64,000 nucleotides of DNA from the IMG/VR virus record IMGVR_UViG_3300025012_000026, positions 124,001 through 188,000 of that record; one strand, given 5' to 3'. Numbering within the stretch: position 1 is the first letter of the stretch; every line of letters starts with the position of its first letter. A program made the position numbers and the translations under genes. Positions 32,616 through 44,182 of this stretch are shown here, one piece after another. A model generated the notes under the pieces. That model was not told the DNA's origin. It was given only the letters and a program-made list of their open reading frames with translations, and did no database searches.

Positions 32616-33116
32616 CTAATTAACAACTTCAATTCTTATTTTCTTGCCGTAAAATCTTCTACATATTTCATCCATTTCAAGATTGTCTACTATATACCTA
32701 TCTCTACCCCAATCTGAATATTTAGTACGCAATTCACCTTCATAAAAAGTATTTAAATATGGCAATATTAATTTACTTTCGATGTAATTATAAAAAGTAT
32801 TTACGGAATAATCTTCTTCCGAATCCACACTAAAATAAGGATCATCATCTTCAATAATATGTCCATTAGGTAAACTACCTTGCAATCCAATTTGAATAAA
32901 TTTACTTATCCAACCATCACAATCTTCTACTCTTATATTAGCGTAACTTTGGGATATATTTAAGTTGTGTGTCTGTTTTAATTTAGATAGAGCTTCTTTA
33001 TAATTTAAATTAATAATATCTTGTTCATTAATACATTCTGACTCATGACTTACACAATCATATCTCTCTTCAAATTCAACTCCACATTTCTCACACTTAA
33101 AAACTTCTTTAGGCAT
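32616..33116 (-). CDS. hypothetical protein with N-terminal C2HC Zn-finger
   Basis: FKCEKCG..F....C..HE..C. Confidence 0.65.
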   Translation of the reverse strand: MPKEVFKCEKCGVEFEERYDCVSHESECINEQDIINLNYKEALSKLKQTHNLNISQSYANIRVEDCDGWISKFIQIGLQGSLPNGHIIEDDDPYFSVDSEEDYSVNTFYNYIESKLILPYLNTFYEGELRTKYSDWGRDRYIVDNLEMDEICRRFYGKKIRIEVVN

Positions 33117-33701
33117 TTAATACTTCCTTTCTAATTTAGCATGAATTGTTCTTTTGATTTGGTTTTTATTTGAACCCTTTATCATAAATATCTTTTCTAA
33201 CCCATGCCCACCTATGATCTCCTTGCCCACAATAGTATCCATACAATCCCGTCTCTGGAATAAGGCATCTAATATATTCATACCCATTCCATTTTGCTTT
33301 TCTATCATCCCATTCTTGTTGTGTATATTGATACTCTTCTGCCCAAAAACATTCTGAAGAACTAAACATTAATTTAATTCATCTCCTTTTATTTTATCTT
33401 ACACAACCATTAGGGACTATACTAAAAGATAAATTATCAAACATCAAATCTTCTAATCGTAAAGTTTTAATAATTGTTGCCCCTTTTAAGATACTTATTG
33501 ATTGCCCAATATTTCCTGAAATTTGATAATTGTATTTATGTATCTCATTCATTTCTTCTTCTGGTATAATTGCATCTAATCGTCCAATAGAATTAAGAAA
33601 TTCAAATACCTCATGTTTATAAACTCTTACTTCACTCATTTGTTTATCCCCTTTATTTTATCATAAATCCATAATTTCATCGTGTTTTGTTATTTTCTGT
33701 T

Positions 33702-33736
33702 ATCCAAGCCTACCGCCTATCTCAGTAGGCTTGGAT
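33702..33736. terminator. stem-loop
   Basis: ATCCAAGCCTAC...GTAGGCTTGGAT 12-bp stem downstream of 33757-34176. Confidence 0.6.
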
Positions 33737-33756
33737 TAATTATTTATGCCTATCTA

Positions 33757-34176
33757 TTAAGCGAAATACAGAACAATGTCATCTGGATGCACAATTTTAT
33801 CTGATTCATTTGATATAAATTGATGAGTATTAGAAATGATCAATTGCTTTTTATTTAATGTTGGCACATGACATACAGCCACCGACTCACCATTAATATT
33901 TAAAGAAAAACTCTTTTCATCTTTATGAACCATACCAGCCATAGGAGTTAATTTACTTAGGGCAAAATTTCCACATCTGATACTGACTAAATCTTTATCT
34001 CCAACATTCATATCACATATGTATTGATATAACACCCACTTAACATCGCCAAGATAATGTTTTGTATCTTTAATTCCCTCAAGTGATTTTAAAGCATCAA
34101 AAACAGATTGACATTCTTCTAAAGTACACCACTTATCAAACATTTTTATATTATGAGTATTTTGAAATTCTAACAT
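33757..34176 (-). CDS. hypothetical protein
   Basis: 139-aa ORF with AGGAGAG RBS. Confidence 0.65.
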   Translation of the reverse strand: MLEFQNTHNIKMFDKWCTLEECQSVFDALKSLEGIKDTKHYLGDVKWVLYQYICDMNVGDKDLVSIRCGNFALSKLTPMAGMVHKDEKSFSLNINGESVAVCHVPTLNKKQLIISNTHQFISNESDKIVHPDDIVLYFA

Positions 34177-34289
34177 ATTAAATCTCTCCTTCTTTTATAG
34201 CTGTCGCTCGACATGCTTTTTGGAATTTATTTATATAAACACTCGATAGGAAAGTGTAGATACCATTATGTTAAATTATTTATGTATAG

Positions 34290-35495
34290 TTATATCGCTG
34301 TTTCGAGTGGAATAGGGTTTGATTTTATGTATTCATCGTAATATTGCCATTTGAGAGGTTCATTGGTGATTGGATGCTTCCCTGCAGACTTTCTTTTATT
34401 TAAACATACTAAACTGATATTTTTAAAAGAGGTATTGGTTTTTTCGCCAGCATCAGATAAGGAGTCGTACACTGTATTTGTGTTTATGCATATAACTTTT
34501 CGTTTATTAATTGGATTTCTTTTATATTCCTTTAACTCTATAGGGTTGTTTAACTTGTTATAATCTTCTAAATACATCCAATAATAACCACCTGAGATAT
34601 TCCTTTCTCCACGACATACCAAACTAATATTGCTACAATTACATAATCTTTCTGCATCTGCAATCGATGGGTATATTACAAGTGTATTTAAGTTTATAAC
34701 TTGTTTTTTAATAACATAACTGGATAAAATTTTACCTTTTTCTGTCATTTTAGCTTTATATATTTTTTTATGTCTTATCTTTCTTTTAAGAATTTTTTCA
34801 TCAATATTTCCATTGATGTCTATATAATTCCAATCACGTCCACCAGCAGAAATACGATTGCCTCTACATACATCTCCAATATTTGTCCAATTGACCCCTG
34901 TTATTTTGCCAGCATCGTGTAAACTATTATATATTTCTTTTGTATTCATATCTATTACTTTTTTAGCACTTATAGGTATTTTACCATACATAGGATTTTT
35001 ATTTCCTAATTTTTGTTGTCTAAGAGTATTTATTAACTCTTGTGTGTAAACAATATTGTTAGGTTTACCTTTATGTAAGTCACTTAGTTTCTTTTTATGT
35101 TCATCGGAAAATTTTTTACCTTTATTAACACCTTCTTTGCCTAACCAATAATTATTTAATGATATTTTCTTTTTGCTTTCTTCTGTATGTTTATAGCCAC
35201 TACACCCATCCCCACCAGAAGTTAAATTATAACCATTTGGAGATACGGCATTAAGTTCTTTAATCCAATACTTTTCTTTTTCGTTTAACTCTTGTTCTGT
35301 ATTTGCTACATCTATTACTTCCCATTTAAAATTTTCTTTACCATATTTTCTAATAGCATTGTAGAAATGATAGTTTAATTTCTTTTTAGTATTTACACTA
35401 GAAAGATGTTTCTTTTTTCTTATATCCATTGTATAAATAGTTTTACCTATGTATAATTTATTGTTTATTATATTAGTTGCTTTATAAATTACCAT
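34290..35495 (-). CDS. GIY-YIG homing endonuclease with NUMOD3 and NUMOD1 repeats
   Basis: VIYKATN...YIGKT...R...H...E.YWI...GYN; HTEESKKKIS (NUMOD3); repeated KVI..NT...Y.S..DA (NUMOD1); RBS places the start at MVIYK. Confidence 0.9.
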   Translation of the reverse strand: MVIYKATNIINNKLYIGKTIYTMDIRKKKHLSSVNTKKKLNYHFYNAIRKYGKENFKWEVIDVANTEQELNEKEKYWIKELNAVSPNGYNLTSGGDGCSGYKHTEESKKKISLNNYWLGKEGVNKGKKFSDEHKKKLSDLHKGKPNNIVYTQELINTLRQQKLGNKNPMYGKIPISAKKVIDMNTKEIYNSLHDAGKITGVNWTNIGDVCRGNRISAGGRDWNYIDINGNIDEKILKRKIRHKKIYKAKMTEKGKILSSYVIKKQVINLNTLVIYPSIADAERLCNCSNISLVCRGERNISGGYYWMYLEDYNKLNNPIELKEYKRNPINKRKVICINTNTVYDSLSDAGEKTNTSFKNISLVCLNKRKSAGKHPITNEPLKWQYYDEYIKSNPIPLETAI

Positions 35496-36293
35496 AATTC
35501 TCTCCTCCTGATCAGTGGAGGCGTAGCCACGCTCTACAACTTGCAAGTTCTCCACTAATTTATTTATTATTTGTTTTTATATACACTACCAATTCCAATC
35601 TTCTACAATATCTTGTTCTGCTTTTATTCGATTTTTGATTTGTACTGGTAATTCTTCAACTCTATTATCCCATTCATTTAATTTACTAAGTAAGTCAATA
35701 ATTTGTTGACCACTCTTTTTATATGGATATTTACTATTTAATAATTTGTAGTATTTAAAATAAGTATTAAACCTAATAACTTTATCCATATTTCTCTCCA
35801 CCCTATAAAAGTTAAATTTGATGGATTATGTATGTAATTTAGATAATCTACATTCTTCTAATTGTTTCTGTAATTCCGCTTTTGACACCATATCTCTATA
35901 ATACTCACACTTAGTTGTAATAGTAAATGGTAAACCAAGCATATTTATATCTTTAATCTTACGCTCGACATCAATAGCATAAGGACGTAACCTACATAAA
36001 TCAGTTATTTCACATTTTGCACAATCCATTTACTACCTCCTTTCTGCCAAATAAAATAATCCTTTTAAATGAAGTGTGGAACCCTAATACTTTCACGAAT
36101 TCTTTCATATTCTTCTTCAGAAACTTCCATAAGTATTTCGTCAGAACCTCTTGCTTTAATATACTGTTGCAATTTTACTTTTTCTTTTTCTCCACCAATG
36201 CAAATCATTACATAATTATTAATTCTTGCAGAATATGTTACTAAAAATTTATCGCCTTTCATAATAATCATCCTTTCAATTAATCTCCTTAAA

Positions 36294-37097
36294 TTAATCT
36301 TCTTCCTCTTCATTTATGTCCAAATAATAAGTTGTTTTAACTTCTTTCCTTTGAATAAGTTTAATAATATTCCCCAAATATTTATTATTAATTGTAAAAT
36401 ATAAATCTCCATAATCATCATCAATAGTTATTTCAAAATCATCTAACTCATAATTATTTGCTTTAATATTTAGAACAACAGATTCTTTTAATTCCTCAAG
36501 AGTTATGCGTCTTTGTTCAATATCATAGTATTTTTCATCAATTAGTTTACCTATAATATTTTTATATACAGTATTTTTGATATATTTTATAACAGTAGAA
36601 ATATTATTTAAACCAAATAGATGTTCATTTATAATAAAATTTCTTCCTATTTCTTCGTAAGTATCAAATAAAGTAAAAAGATTTGAGAGTTGTTGTAGTA
36701 ATAATTTTCTTTGAGTTAAAAATATCCTCATGGAAAATGTTCCAGAACCACCTCCTCGTTTATATCCTGCATCGCCTTTAAATGGTCTCATAGAACATAG
36801 CCTATAATTAAAACTCATATCTTCCTCAAAATAATGATCTAAATCAGATTTAAATTCATATAATTGTTGTTTTTCTATTGATCTAAAATGATTATATATT
36901 TCACTAATAAAACCTATGTAATTCATATTATTTAATTCTTCTGATGTATACAATTTACTATCTGGCAAATCTTTTAATTCACTATTATAATCTATAGATA
37001 TTTCAAGTTCATATCCTTTATCTATAGATTCTTTAATAGTTTGTAATATTTCATTTAATTCTACATCTTTTTTATTCATAATAATCATCCTTTTCAT
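36294..37097 (-). CDS. hypothetical protein
   Basis: 267-aa ORF. Confidence 0.7.
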   Translation of the reverse strand: MKRMIIMNKKDVELNEILQTIKESIDKGYELEISIDYNSELKDLPDSKLYTSEELNNMNYIGFISEIYNHFRSIEKQQLYEFKSDLDHYFEEDMSFNYRLCSMRPFKGDAGYKRGGGSGTFSMRIFLTQRKLLLQQLSNLFTLFDTYEEIGRNFIINEHLFGLNNISTVIKYIKNTVYKNIIGKLIDEKYYDIEQRRITLEELKESVVLNIKANNYELDDFEITIDDDYGDLYFTINNKYLGNIIKLIQRKEVKTTYYLDINEEEED

Positions 37098-37947
37098 ATT
37101 TTACATTCAATTAATTCTTAACTAACCCCATATACTTTACCATATTACTTCTAAACTCTACAACTAAGCTCATCAAATCGCTTTTCATCTGCTCTTCTGC
37201 TTTTTCTAATACATCTCTAGAACATCCTTCTGTGATACCATATATTTTCTTTAAAGCCTTTTGCAATAATTCAGTATCCTCATCCGTCGATCCATATCCA
37301 TCAACATACACATCGCTTTCAAGTAATGCACCATAAAGTAAGATATCAGTTTTTGTCATTGTTTTATCATCCTTTCTTTCTATAATTAAATACTCTTATA
37401 CCATTCGCTTAAAGCTAGTGAAAATTCTTGCTCTTTATTATTAAGATATGTTCCATCTTGAAAAAGCTTTTCCATTAACTCTGCTTTGAGTTCAAAAGAT
37501 GCATTTAGAAATCTTTCAAATAGTTTTTGTTTATCTTCTTGAGAGTAAATAGTTTCTGAATCCATTTTAGATATTCCTCCTCTCCTTATTAATCTTTATG
37601 AACGCTTAATAAACCATTTTCACAATCATTGTATCTTGGGCAAGAATCTTCTGTACAAACTTCAGAAGCACATTTAACTTGATTATCTTCTATCCATACT
37701 CTAACCACATAGAATTTAGATTCTGTACGTGTAAAACTCATTTTAATTTTACTCCTTTCTTTGCTTGAAATTTTTACATTCTATTATTGGAAGAGATAAC
37801 GCATCATTATCGTTTTTACCATCAGGAGCAAATTCACACAAATACCAATCATAAAATATCCAATTATCACACTTTCTACATATAGAACCGATAAGTCCTT
37901 CGTCTATCCAGAAACTCATTTAGATTCATTCCTTTCATTTAAAAGTT

Positions 37948-39036
37948 TTATTTAATAATTTTAAATAATGTCTCAATATGTATATCTAAATCCTTTTTCT
38001 TTTTACCAGTAGCAAGGACTTCGATTGTATTTCTTTTCTCATCCACAGACCATAATTGATAAAAATATGTAGTCAATCCTTCTATTCTTTTTCTTTTGAC
38101 TTTATAAGGAGGTTTATCTTCGATAAATTCTTTATGCCCTTCATCCAACCACCATCTAATAAATGATAACATTTCTTTATCGAAATAGTCTTGCTTTCTA
38201 TACCATTCTTCCATATTGCTTGTATGTTTGCCACAATTACATCGTCTACAAGCAGGAATAGCATTACTTAAATCATTATAACCTTCGGGATCGGAATGTT
38301 CTTTATGTAATACTTGACCATGTATAACAAGATGATCTTTTTCAGAAATACTACAATATGCACAACTATAATCAAATATACTCAAACAACTACGCCATTC
38401 TTCTTCTGAAATATCGTGGTCGCGATGATTGGCTGTATATATTCTTACTTTATCTGGATTGTTTTTTACCCATATCTTATAATCACTAATTACTTTATCT
38501 TTATGTTCTTTATTATAAGCTTTTGCTCTAGTATTATAAATTTCTTTATGTCTATAATAATGATCTTGAATACTTTTTCTTGCTCTTTCAACATTTAAAA
38601 GTCTGTGTGCTATTGATTTTGCAGTAAGACAAATTTTACATCCCGAAGAATATCCCAGTTCGGGTTTCTTTTTATTTATCATATAGAAATTATCATAATT
38701 TTCTTCTAACCAATTCTCACATATTGTACATCTTCTTTCTACTATTCCTTGATTATTAATCCTATGATTTAATTTATACATCTCATGCGTATTTATTACT
38801 TTAATACTCTGTTGTTTCGGTGTCTTATTCTTTATTTTTGTATCTTTAAATATTTTTGCTTGATTATCGTCTTTTACTTTTCCTCTCTTAAAGTTTCCAT
38901 ATTGCGTGTGAATGCAATTTCCACTAACTAGAAATTTTACTATTACATTATCACAATTTTGATAATCAACAATTTCCATTTCTTTTCCTTCTTTATTGAA
39001 TCCTACTTCTCCAACTCTATTATTTAAACTTGCCAA
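37948..39036 (-). CDS. HNH endonuclease, paralog of 24997-25884
   Basis: CAYCS...HKEH...NAIPACRRCNCGK; shares the Zn-finger and C-terminal domain with 24997-25884. Confidence 0.85.
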   Translation of the reverse strand: MASLNNRVGEVGFNKEGKEMEIVDYQNCDNVIVKFLVSGNCIHTQYGNFKRGKVKDDNQAKIFKDTKIKNKTPKQQSIKVINTHEMYKLNHRINNQGIVERRCTICENWLEENYDNFYMINKKKPELGYSSGCKICLTAKSIAHRLLNVERARKSIQDHYYRHKEIYNTRAKAYNKEHKDKVISDYKIWVKNNPDKVRIYTANHRDHDISEEEWRSCLSIFDYSCAYCSISEKDHLVIHGQVLHKEHSDPEGYNDLSNAIPACRRCNCGKHTSNMEEWYRKQDYFDKEMLSFIRWWLDEGHKEFIEDKPPYKVKRKRIEGLTTYFYQLWSVDEKRNTIEVLATGKKKKDLDIHIETLFKIIK

Positions 39037-39072
39037 ACTATTCTCATTCTCCTTTTGTTTTATATATTAGGT

Positions 39073-39127
39073 ATATGTGAGCAATTGACAAAATTTTGCA
39101 TGATTTTATTATCAATTGCTCACATAT
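39073..39127. repeat. 16-bp perfect inverted repeat after ligA
   Basis: ATATGTGAGCAATTGA ... TCAATTGCTCACATAT with a 23-nt loop. Confidence 0.7.
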
Positions 39128-39131
39128 TTTC

Positions 39132-41093
39132 CTATTGTTTGTTAATCATAACTAAAAATTCATCTTCTTGTAATACTTTAATTCCTGCATCTAACGCCTT
39201 CTGAGTTTTTGATGAACCTTTTAATTTCCCTACTACTAAAAAATCTAAAGACTTATTAAAACCATTTGCGAATTCTCCACCTAGACTTTCAACAATGCTT
39301 TTAAGTTCTTCCTTCTTATGCGATTCAAACGTTCCTGTACAGTAAAGTTTGAGTCCATTGAGTACGCTATCCACATTAACCACTTCCTTCTTTTCTTCTT
39401 TAATAATATTCACACATTCCAACAACTCCAAAAACATATTCATATTTTCTTCGTTTTGGAAATATTCATAAATTGAAGTTGCAGTAATATCCCCGAAATC
39501 ATTAATGTTTACAAAGTTCATATATGATTTTGTTGCTTTTAAGAATAAATCAATGTCATTATTAAAATGTTTAGTAAGTCTCTTTGATGATCCAAAACCA
39601 ACATTTTTTATGCCAAGGGATGCAATCAATGAAGTCATACTTATTTGTTTTGATTTTTCTAAAGCAGTCATTAAATTGTTAAAAGATTTAACCCCAAATC
39701 CACTAAGTTTTACTAATTCTTTCTTATGTTCTTCCAATTTAAAGATGTCCATGTAATTCTCAATAAACCCTTTATCAATGAACATTTCTAAAGTTGCTTC
39801 ACCAAGATCACCAATATTAAAACATTGCTTGCTCACAAAATGTTTAAGTTTCTGTGTTAATTTAGCTTCACAATCAGGATTAAGACAAAACAAGTCGTGA
39901 GTTTTTACAACCAATTTAACTTCTACATCACCACCACAGGTAGGACATTTTGTAGGCAATTGTTCTGTGTTACTTCTGGTGATATTATTCTCAATGGCAG
40001 GGATAATTTTGTTTCTCTTCGTTATTTCAATGACATCATCCTTTCCAAGTTTTAAATCCCAAAATCTATTTAAGTTATGTGTTGTTGCTCTGGATACTTC
40101 TGACCCTTCAATATTGACAGGTTGGAAGATTCCAGTGCCTATGATTTTACCGAACCTACTTGTATTCCATTCTGTGTATAAATATTTCGTCTTAAACCAT
40201 GAGTCTTCGAATTTAAAAGAAACAGAATGCTTTGGATGGTGAGCCACTTGCCCTAAAGACAATCCATATTCTATATCATTAAACGATAAAACGAGGCCAT
40301 CAATTGGAAAATCGAGAATAGGAATATCTTCTATAATTTTATTCATTGTTTCTTCAATATTATTTTTTGTAACCATCCAATATTGTACAACATAGAATCC
40401 TTGTGATTTCAACCACTCTAATTGCTCTTGTTTTGTTTTGAATTTATTTCCTTTGATAATATTAAATGCACAAAATTCTATATTGCGTTCTTTGCATATT
40501 TTGCTATTTAATAAACCCGTAGATCCATTTGCTAAGTTCCTTGGATTTGCATATTTATCATCTTGATTTAATATTTTTGAATTAATTTCATTGAATGAAG
40601 AATATTTCATGAAATTCTCACCAACGACTATAATATCATCGTTGTCATCAATGCTTAGTGGAATATTTTTTATGCTATGTACGTTGTGCGAAATATCTTC
40701 ACCAATGTTTGTTTCAGAATCACCCCTAGTAACTAATTGTTTAAATTCCTTTTTATAATGTACAGCCCCAGTACCACCATCCATTTTTAACATTAATACA
40801 CCTTGTTTATCCCCTAACCATTTTACTAGTTTAGGAATTTCTTTGACTTTTCCTAAAGATAAGAGTGGGATTTCATGTTTAACTTTTGGCAAATCTGACA
40901 CCACAGGATATCCAGCTCTTTGAGTAGGAGAATCACTCATAACTACTCCTAATTGTTGTTCTAAGGACTCTAATTCATCAAAGAGTAGATTGTATTCTCT
41001 ATTCTCCATAATTGGTTTATTCAGGTTATAATAGGCATTACAGGCGATATTAAGTTGTGTTACTAATTCTTTAATCCGATCTACATTATTCAT
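39132..41093 (-). CDS. ligA: NAD-dependent DNA ligase
   Basis: motif I KMDG; TRGD, NPRN, IDGLV and AT.HN motifs; C4 Zn finger, HhH repeats, C-terminal BRCT. Confidence 0.95.
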   Translation of the reverse strand: MNNVDRIKELVTQLNIACNAYYNLNKPIMENREYNLLFDELESLEQQLGVVMSDSPTQRAGYPVVSDLPKVKHEIPLLSLGKVKEIPKLVKWLGDKQGVLMLKMDGGTGAVHYKKEFKQLVTRGDSETNIGEDISHNVHSIKNIPLSIDDNDDIIVVGENFMKYSSFNEINSKILNQDDKYANPRNLANGSTGLLNSKICKERNIEFCAFNIIKGNKFKTKQEQLEWLKSQGFYVVQYWMVTKNNIEETMNKIIEDIPILDFPIDGLVLSFNDIEYGLSLGQVAHHPKHSVSFKFEDSWFKTKYLYTEWNTSRFGKIIGTGIFQPVNIEGSEVSRATTHNLNRFWDLKLGKDDVIEITKRNKIIPAIENNITRSNTEQLPTKCPTCGGDVEVKLVVKTHDLFCLNPDCEAKLTQKLKHFVSKQCFNIGDLGEATLEMFIDKGFIENYMDIFKLEEHKKELVKLSGFGVKSFNNLMTALEKSKQISMTSLIASLGIKNVGFGSSKRLTKHFNNDIDLFLKATKSYMNFVNINDFGDITATSIYEYFQNEENMNMFLELLECVNIIKEEKKEVVNVDSVLNGLKLYCTGTFESHKKEELKSIVESLGGEFANGFNKSLDFLVVGKLKGSSKTQKALDAGIKVLQEDEFLVMINKQ

Positions 41094-41118
41094 TTATTTA
41101 TCCTTCTTTCTTAAATTT

Positions 41119-41169
41119 ATATCTCTTTTGTACTACCTTAATAATAACACAAAAGAGATATTCTGTCAA
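41119..41169 (-). promoter_or_regulatory. ligA promoter overlapped by a 13-bp inverted repeat
   Basis: TTGACA-17-TATTAT (TG extended); ATATCTCTTTTGT / ACAAAAGAGATAT arms flank the -10. Confidence 0.65.
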
Positions 41170-41197
41170 ATAATTTTATTTATTGATTTATACCTAA

Positions 41198-41662
41198 CTA
41201 ATCCTTAACAATCTTCTTACTCAAACATTTCCTACCATCCCGATATCCAATCACAAATCCTAATTTTCTTAATCCGTGTTCATATACATCCCTACGTCTA
41301 TTATCTGTCCAATAAACACTAATAAAATCTCCATCTTTACAATAAACTGATTTCTCAAACTCAATTATTTGATTCTTGCCCCATAGCAAACCTTCCAATC
41401 CACATTTACCAGTTTCATGATCGGTTAGAATATCTTTTTCACCTAATATCAATTGCCTGAGATGCTTTTTCTTATTAGCAATTGCTAATAGTATTACATA
41501 TTCATTAGATTTGCTTTGCTCATGTTTCCAAAAATATATTCCTATGGTTTGATTATTTTTAAGTTTATGTGTTTTGTAAAGACCATAAATATGTTTGTCT
41601 TCATCGAATTTTATTCTTTCAAAGTCATCCATATAATCTCCTTTCTTATGGCATAAAATCAC
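41198..41662 (-). CDS. hypothetical phage protein
   Basis: ORF with internal RBS before MDDFER. Confidence 0.65.
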   Translation of the reverse strand: MILCHKKGDYMDDFERIKFDEDKHIYGLYKTHKLKNNQTIGIYFWKHEQSKSNEYVILLAIANKKKHLRQLILGEKDILTDHETGKCGLEGLLWGKNQIIEFEKSVYCKDGDFISVYWTDNRRRDVYEHGLRKLGFVIGYRDGRKCLSKKIVKD

Positions 41663-41678
41663 AAACTTATCCTATTGT

Positions 41679-42257
41679 TTAATTCCGCCAATTGCTAGAT
41701 AAATTACCCATACTAATATCAAAACAACTTGCAATATATTTATTATCAATATACAAATGATCAACACTCAATTTTTCTTTTAAACATTTCTCTTCCTTCT
41801 CAATTTCATCAATAAAACTATCCCAATTATCACTTATAAACTTGATAAATCCTTCATCATTGCCCCTTTCCCTAAAACGCCTTATCCATTCATCCTTCAT
41901 GCTCTTATCTGGGTAAACCATGAAGAAATTAATATTATTCTTATTTAATGCTTTTCTCACAATATCGTGACTTGATACAAAGATAACATCTACTTTGCCA
42001 ATATTATCCTTAATATGTTTGATATAATTTGTAGGAAAGTTAGGATCTCTTTCTTTTGTATTTTCTCCATTTTCATCTTTAATCCAACTAAAATTACTCG
42101 AATCAGAATCTAACATTGCAAATGGTTTGCCATTATAATTATTGAACATGTAGGACTTGCCACAGGCAGGAAATGCACTTACTATGATTGTTGGTTTGTA
42201 TCTTGTGTTTATAGATTCACAAATTTTATTCCATTCTTTTGTAGGCATAATACACAT
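41679..42257 (-). CDS. P-loop nucleotide-kinase-like protein
   Basis: IIVSAFPACGKS...DSDSS. Confidence 0.65.
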   Translation of the reverse strand: MCIMPTKEWNKICESINTRYKPTIIVSAFPACGKSYMFNNYNGKPFAMLDSDSSNFSWIKDENGENTKERDPNFPTNYIKHIKDNIGKVDVIFVSSHDIVRKALNKNNINFFMVYPDKSMKDEWIRRFRERGNDEGFIKFISDNWDSFIDEIEKEEKCLKEKLSVDHLYIDNKYIASCFDISMGNLSSNWRN

Positions 42258-42313
42258 AATTTTAAATCTCCTTTATTACTTATAATCCTTTAAAACTTCT
42301 CTTTCCTAGTATC

Positions 42314-42781
42314 TCAATGATCAATCGTAATCTTACCCAATTTCACACAATGTTCACATCTACAAATTTTCCATCTATAGTAGTCCTCTGCTCCCATTAA
42401 ACAATAATAAGGTTTTTTAGAATCATGATTCATATTATTAAATATGTGCCCATTTTTATGATTCAATTGTTTCTTCCTATCTACATAATCTCTAAAACTT
42501 TCTTCAACTTCCGAATTTGTATCAAATTGATTATAAGTATAATGATTAAACCAATTGCAACACCAAGTTTCATCTTCTACAAATTTATATTCAGCATTCT
42601 TAAATACAACTCCATTATGTTTTGCTAATATACCAAGTTTAAACTCTTGTAATTCATTTTCTAATTGACTAGCAGATGGATTATCTTTGTACATAATTGA
42701 ATATCCTGTGCCATTGTTTTCAAAATCATCTTGATCCCAAGTTGCATAAAATTTGTAGATTGGAAATTTATTTTCCATCAT
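42314..42781 (-). CDS. hypothetical phage protein
   Basis: 155-aa ORF with C-terminal CLMGAED...CRCEHC. Confidence 0.65.
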   Translation of the reverse strand: MMENKFPIYKFYATWDQDDFENNGTGYSIMYKDNPSASQLENELQEFKLGILAKHNGVVFKNAEYKFVEDETWCCNWFNHYTYNQFDTNSEVEESFRDYVDRKKQLNHKNGHIFNNMNHDSKKPYYCLMGAEDYYRWKICRCEHCVKLGKITIDH

Positions 42782-44145
42782 TTAATTATCAATCCCTTCC
42801 ACGTTATAATCACCATATCCCATATTTTCATCTGATAAACACTTCTTACTAACTGGATACCCTAACTCTTTTAATAATCTAATCCAATCTTCATTAGAAA
42901 TTCTATGCCCTTCTCGTATAAAATCTTCACCTAGATTTACCTGCAATACTTCCCAGTCACCAGATTTACAAGTAATCAATTCAATTAATGGTTTAATCAT
43001 ATTAATACTTCATTCCTTTCCCATACAATACATTATTTAATTGATCATTAATCTCTCACTTTAAACAAATACTTAATACCATCTCTAATCGTCATTCCAT
43101 TTTCCAAAGAATATTGAGTAATCATATCTTCATTATTCTTCATAAATTTAAATACCTCTCCCTCATCTTCAAACCATAATTCAGCATCTTGCCAATTATA
43201 AGGATTTAATTTTATCAATTAATTCGCTCCAATCCTCAACATTGTTTTCAAAAACTTCTTCAAATAACTTACATTTTCTAATTAAATCATCTCTAGATTT
43301 TTTAATATTCTCAAGCAGATTACACTCAGAACTTACATCAATTCTGTATGTAGTTTCTAAGCAAATTGGATAGAAATAGTCCGTATTGTAACTACCACAA
43401 GTTTCACCTATACATTTCATTATTATTAATTTTCCTTTCCATCATTCTTAGCATGATAAACAATCACTTTGTCTAAAGCACATTTATAATGATTTAATTC
43501 TTTTTCCATTTGTGAAATCTTATCTGGTAAAGAGCATTTTAATTCATTGCTATCTACTGCAAAAACAAAAGCGTCGAGTATGTTACAGAATCCACAATTA
43601 TTTGAAAAATATGATAAACCGCAGTTTTCTTTTATACATTTCATTATTTTTTCACTCCATTATATTTATTATTCCATTCTGAAATAAGTATCGCAAAATT
43701 TACAAAACCAACATGCAAAATCAACTGTCTTCTCAACTTCTATTATTTTTGCTGAACAAAATGGGCAGATATCACTCCATAGAATATCTTGCTGATGTTC
43801 ATTAAGTTGAAATGTGTAAATTAATCTACTCATATTGTTTCTGCTCCTCTCTTATCATATCTCCATATTCTTTAAGCATAATTTTCAATTCTTCTAATGC
43901 CACATTTTCTTCTAATTTTTCAAGTTGCAATTCCATTTTGTCAAGATCACAACCATCAAAGAAACTTCTAAAATCATCCTCTGACATTGTTCCATGGTCT
44001 ATGCATTGATAAGCAACTTCTGTCAATCCTAATAAAATTACAATATCTCTGTTTTTTATTTAATTTTCCTTCTTTCTTCTTGTATAATAATTTACATTAT
44101 GGATATATTACTATCGTCAACTAAAACGTTCTCGTCCTACATCAA

Positions 44146-44173
44146 ACCTTGCCTTCTGGCAGGGTCTTTTTAT
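44146..44173 (+). terminator. intrinsic terminator in the antisense (+) orientation
   Basis: ACCTTGCC-ttct-GGCAGGGT (needs a G-U pair available only on + RNA) followed by CTTTTTATT. Confidence 0.55.
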
Positions 44174-44182
44174 TCCACAGAT

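Noticed and set aside
33117-33308. 63-aa ORF overlapping 33166-33369
   Set aside because: It is an alternative frame; 33166-33369 has the RBS.
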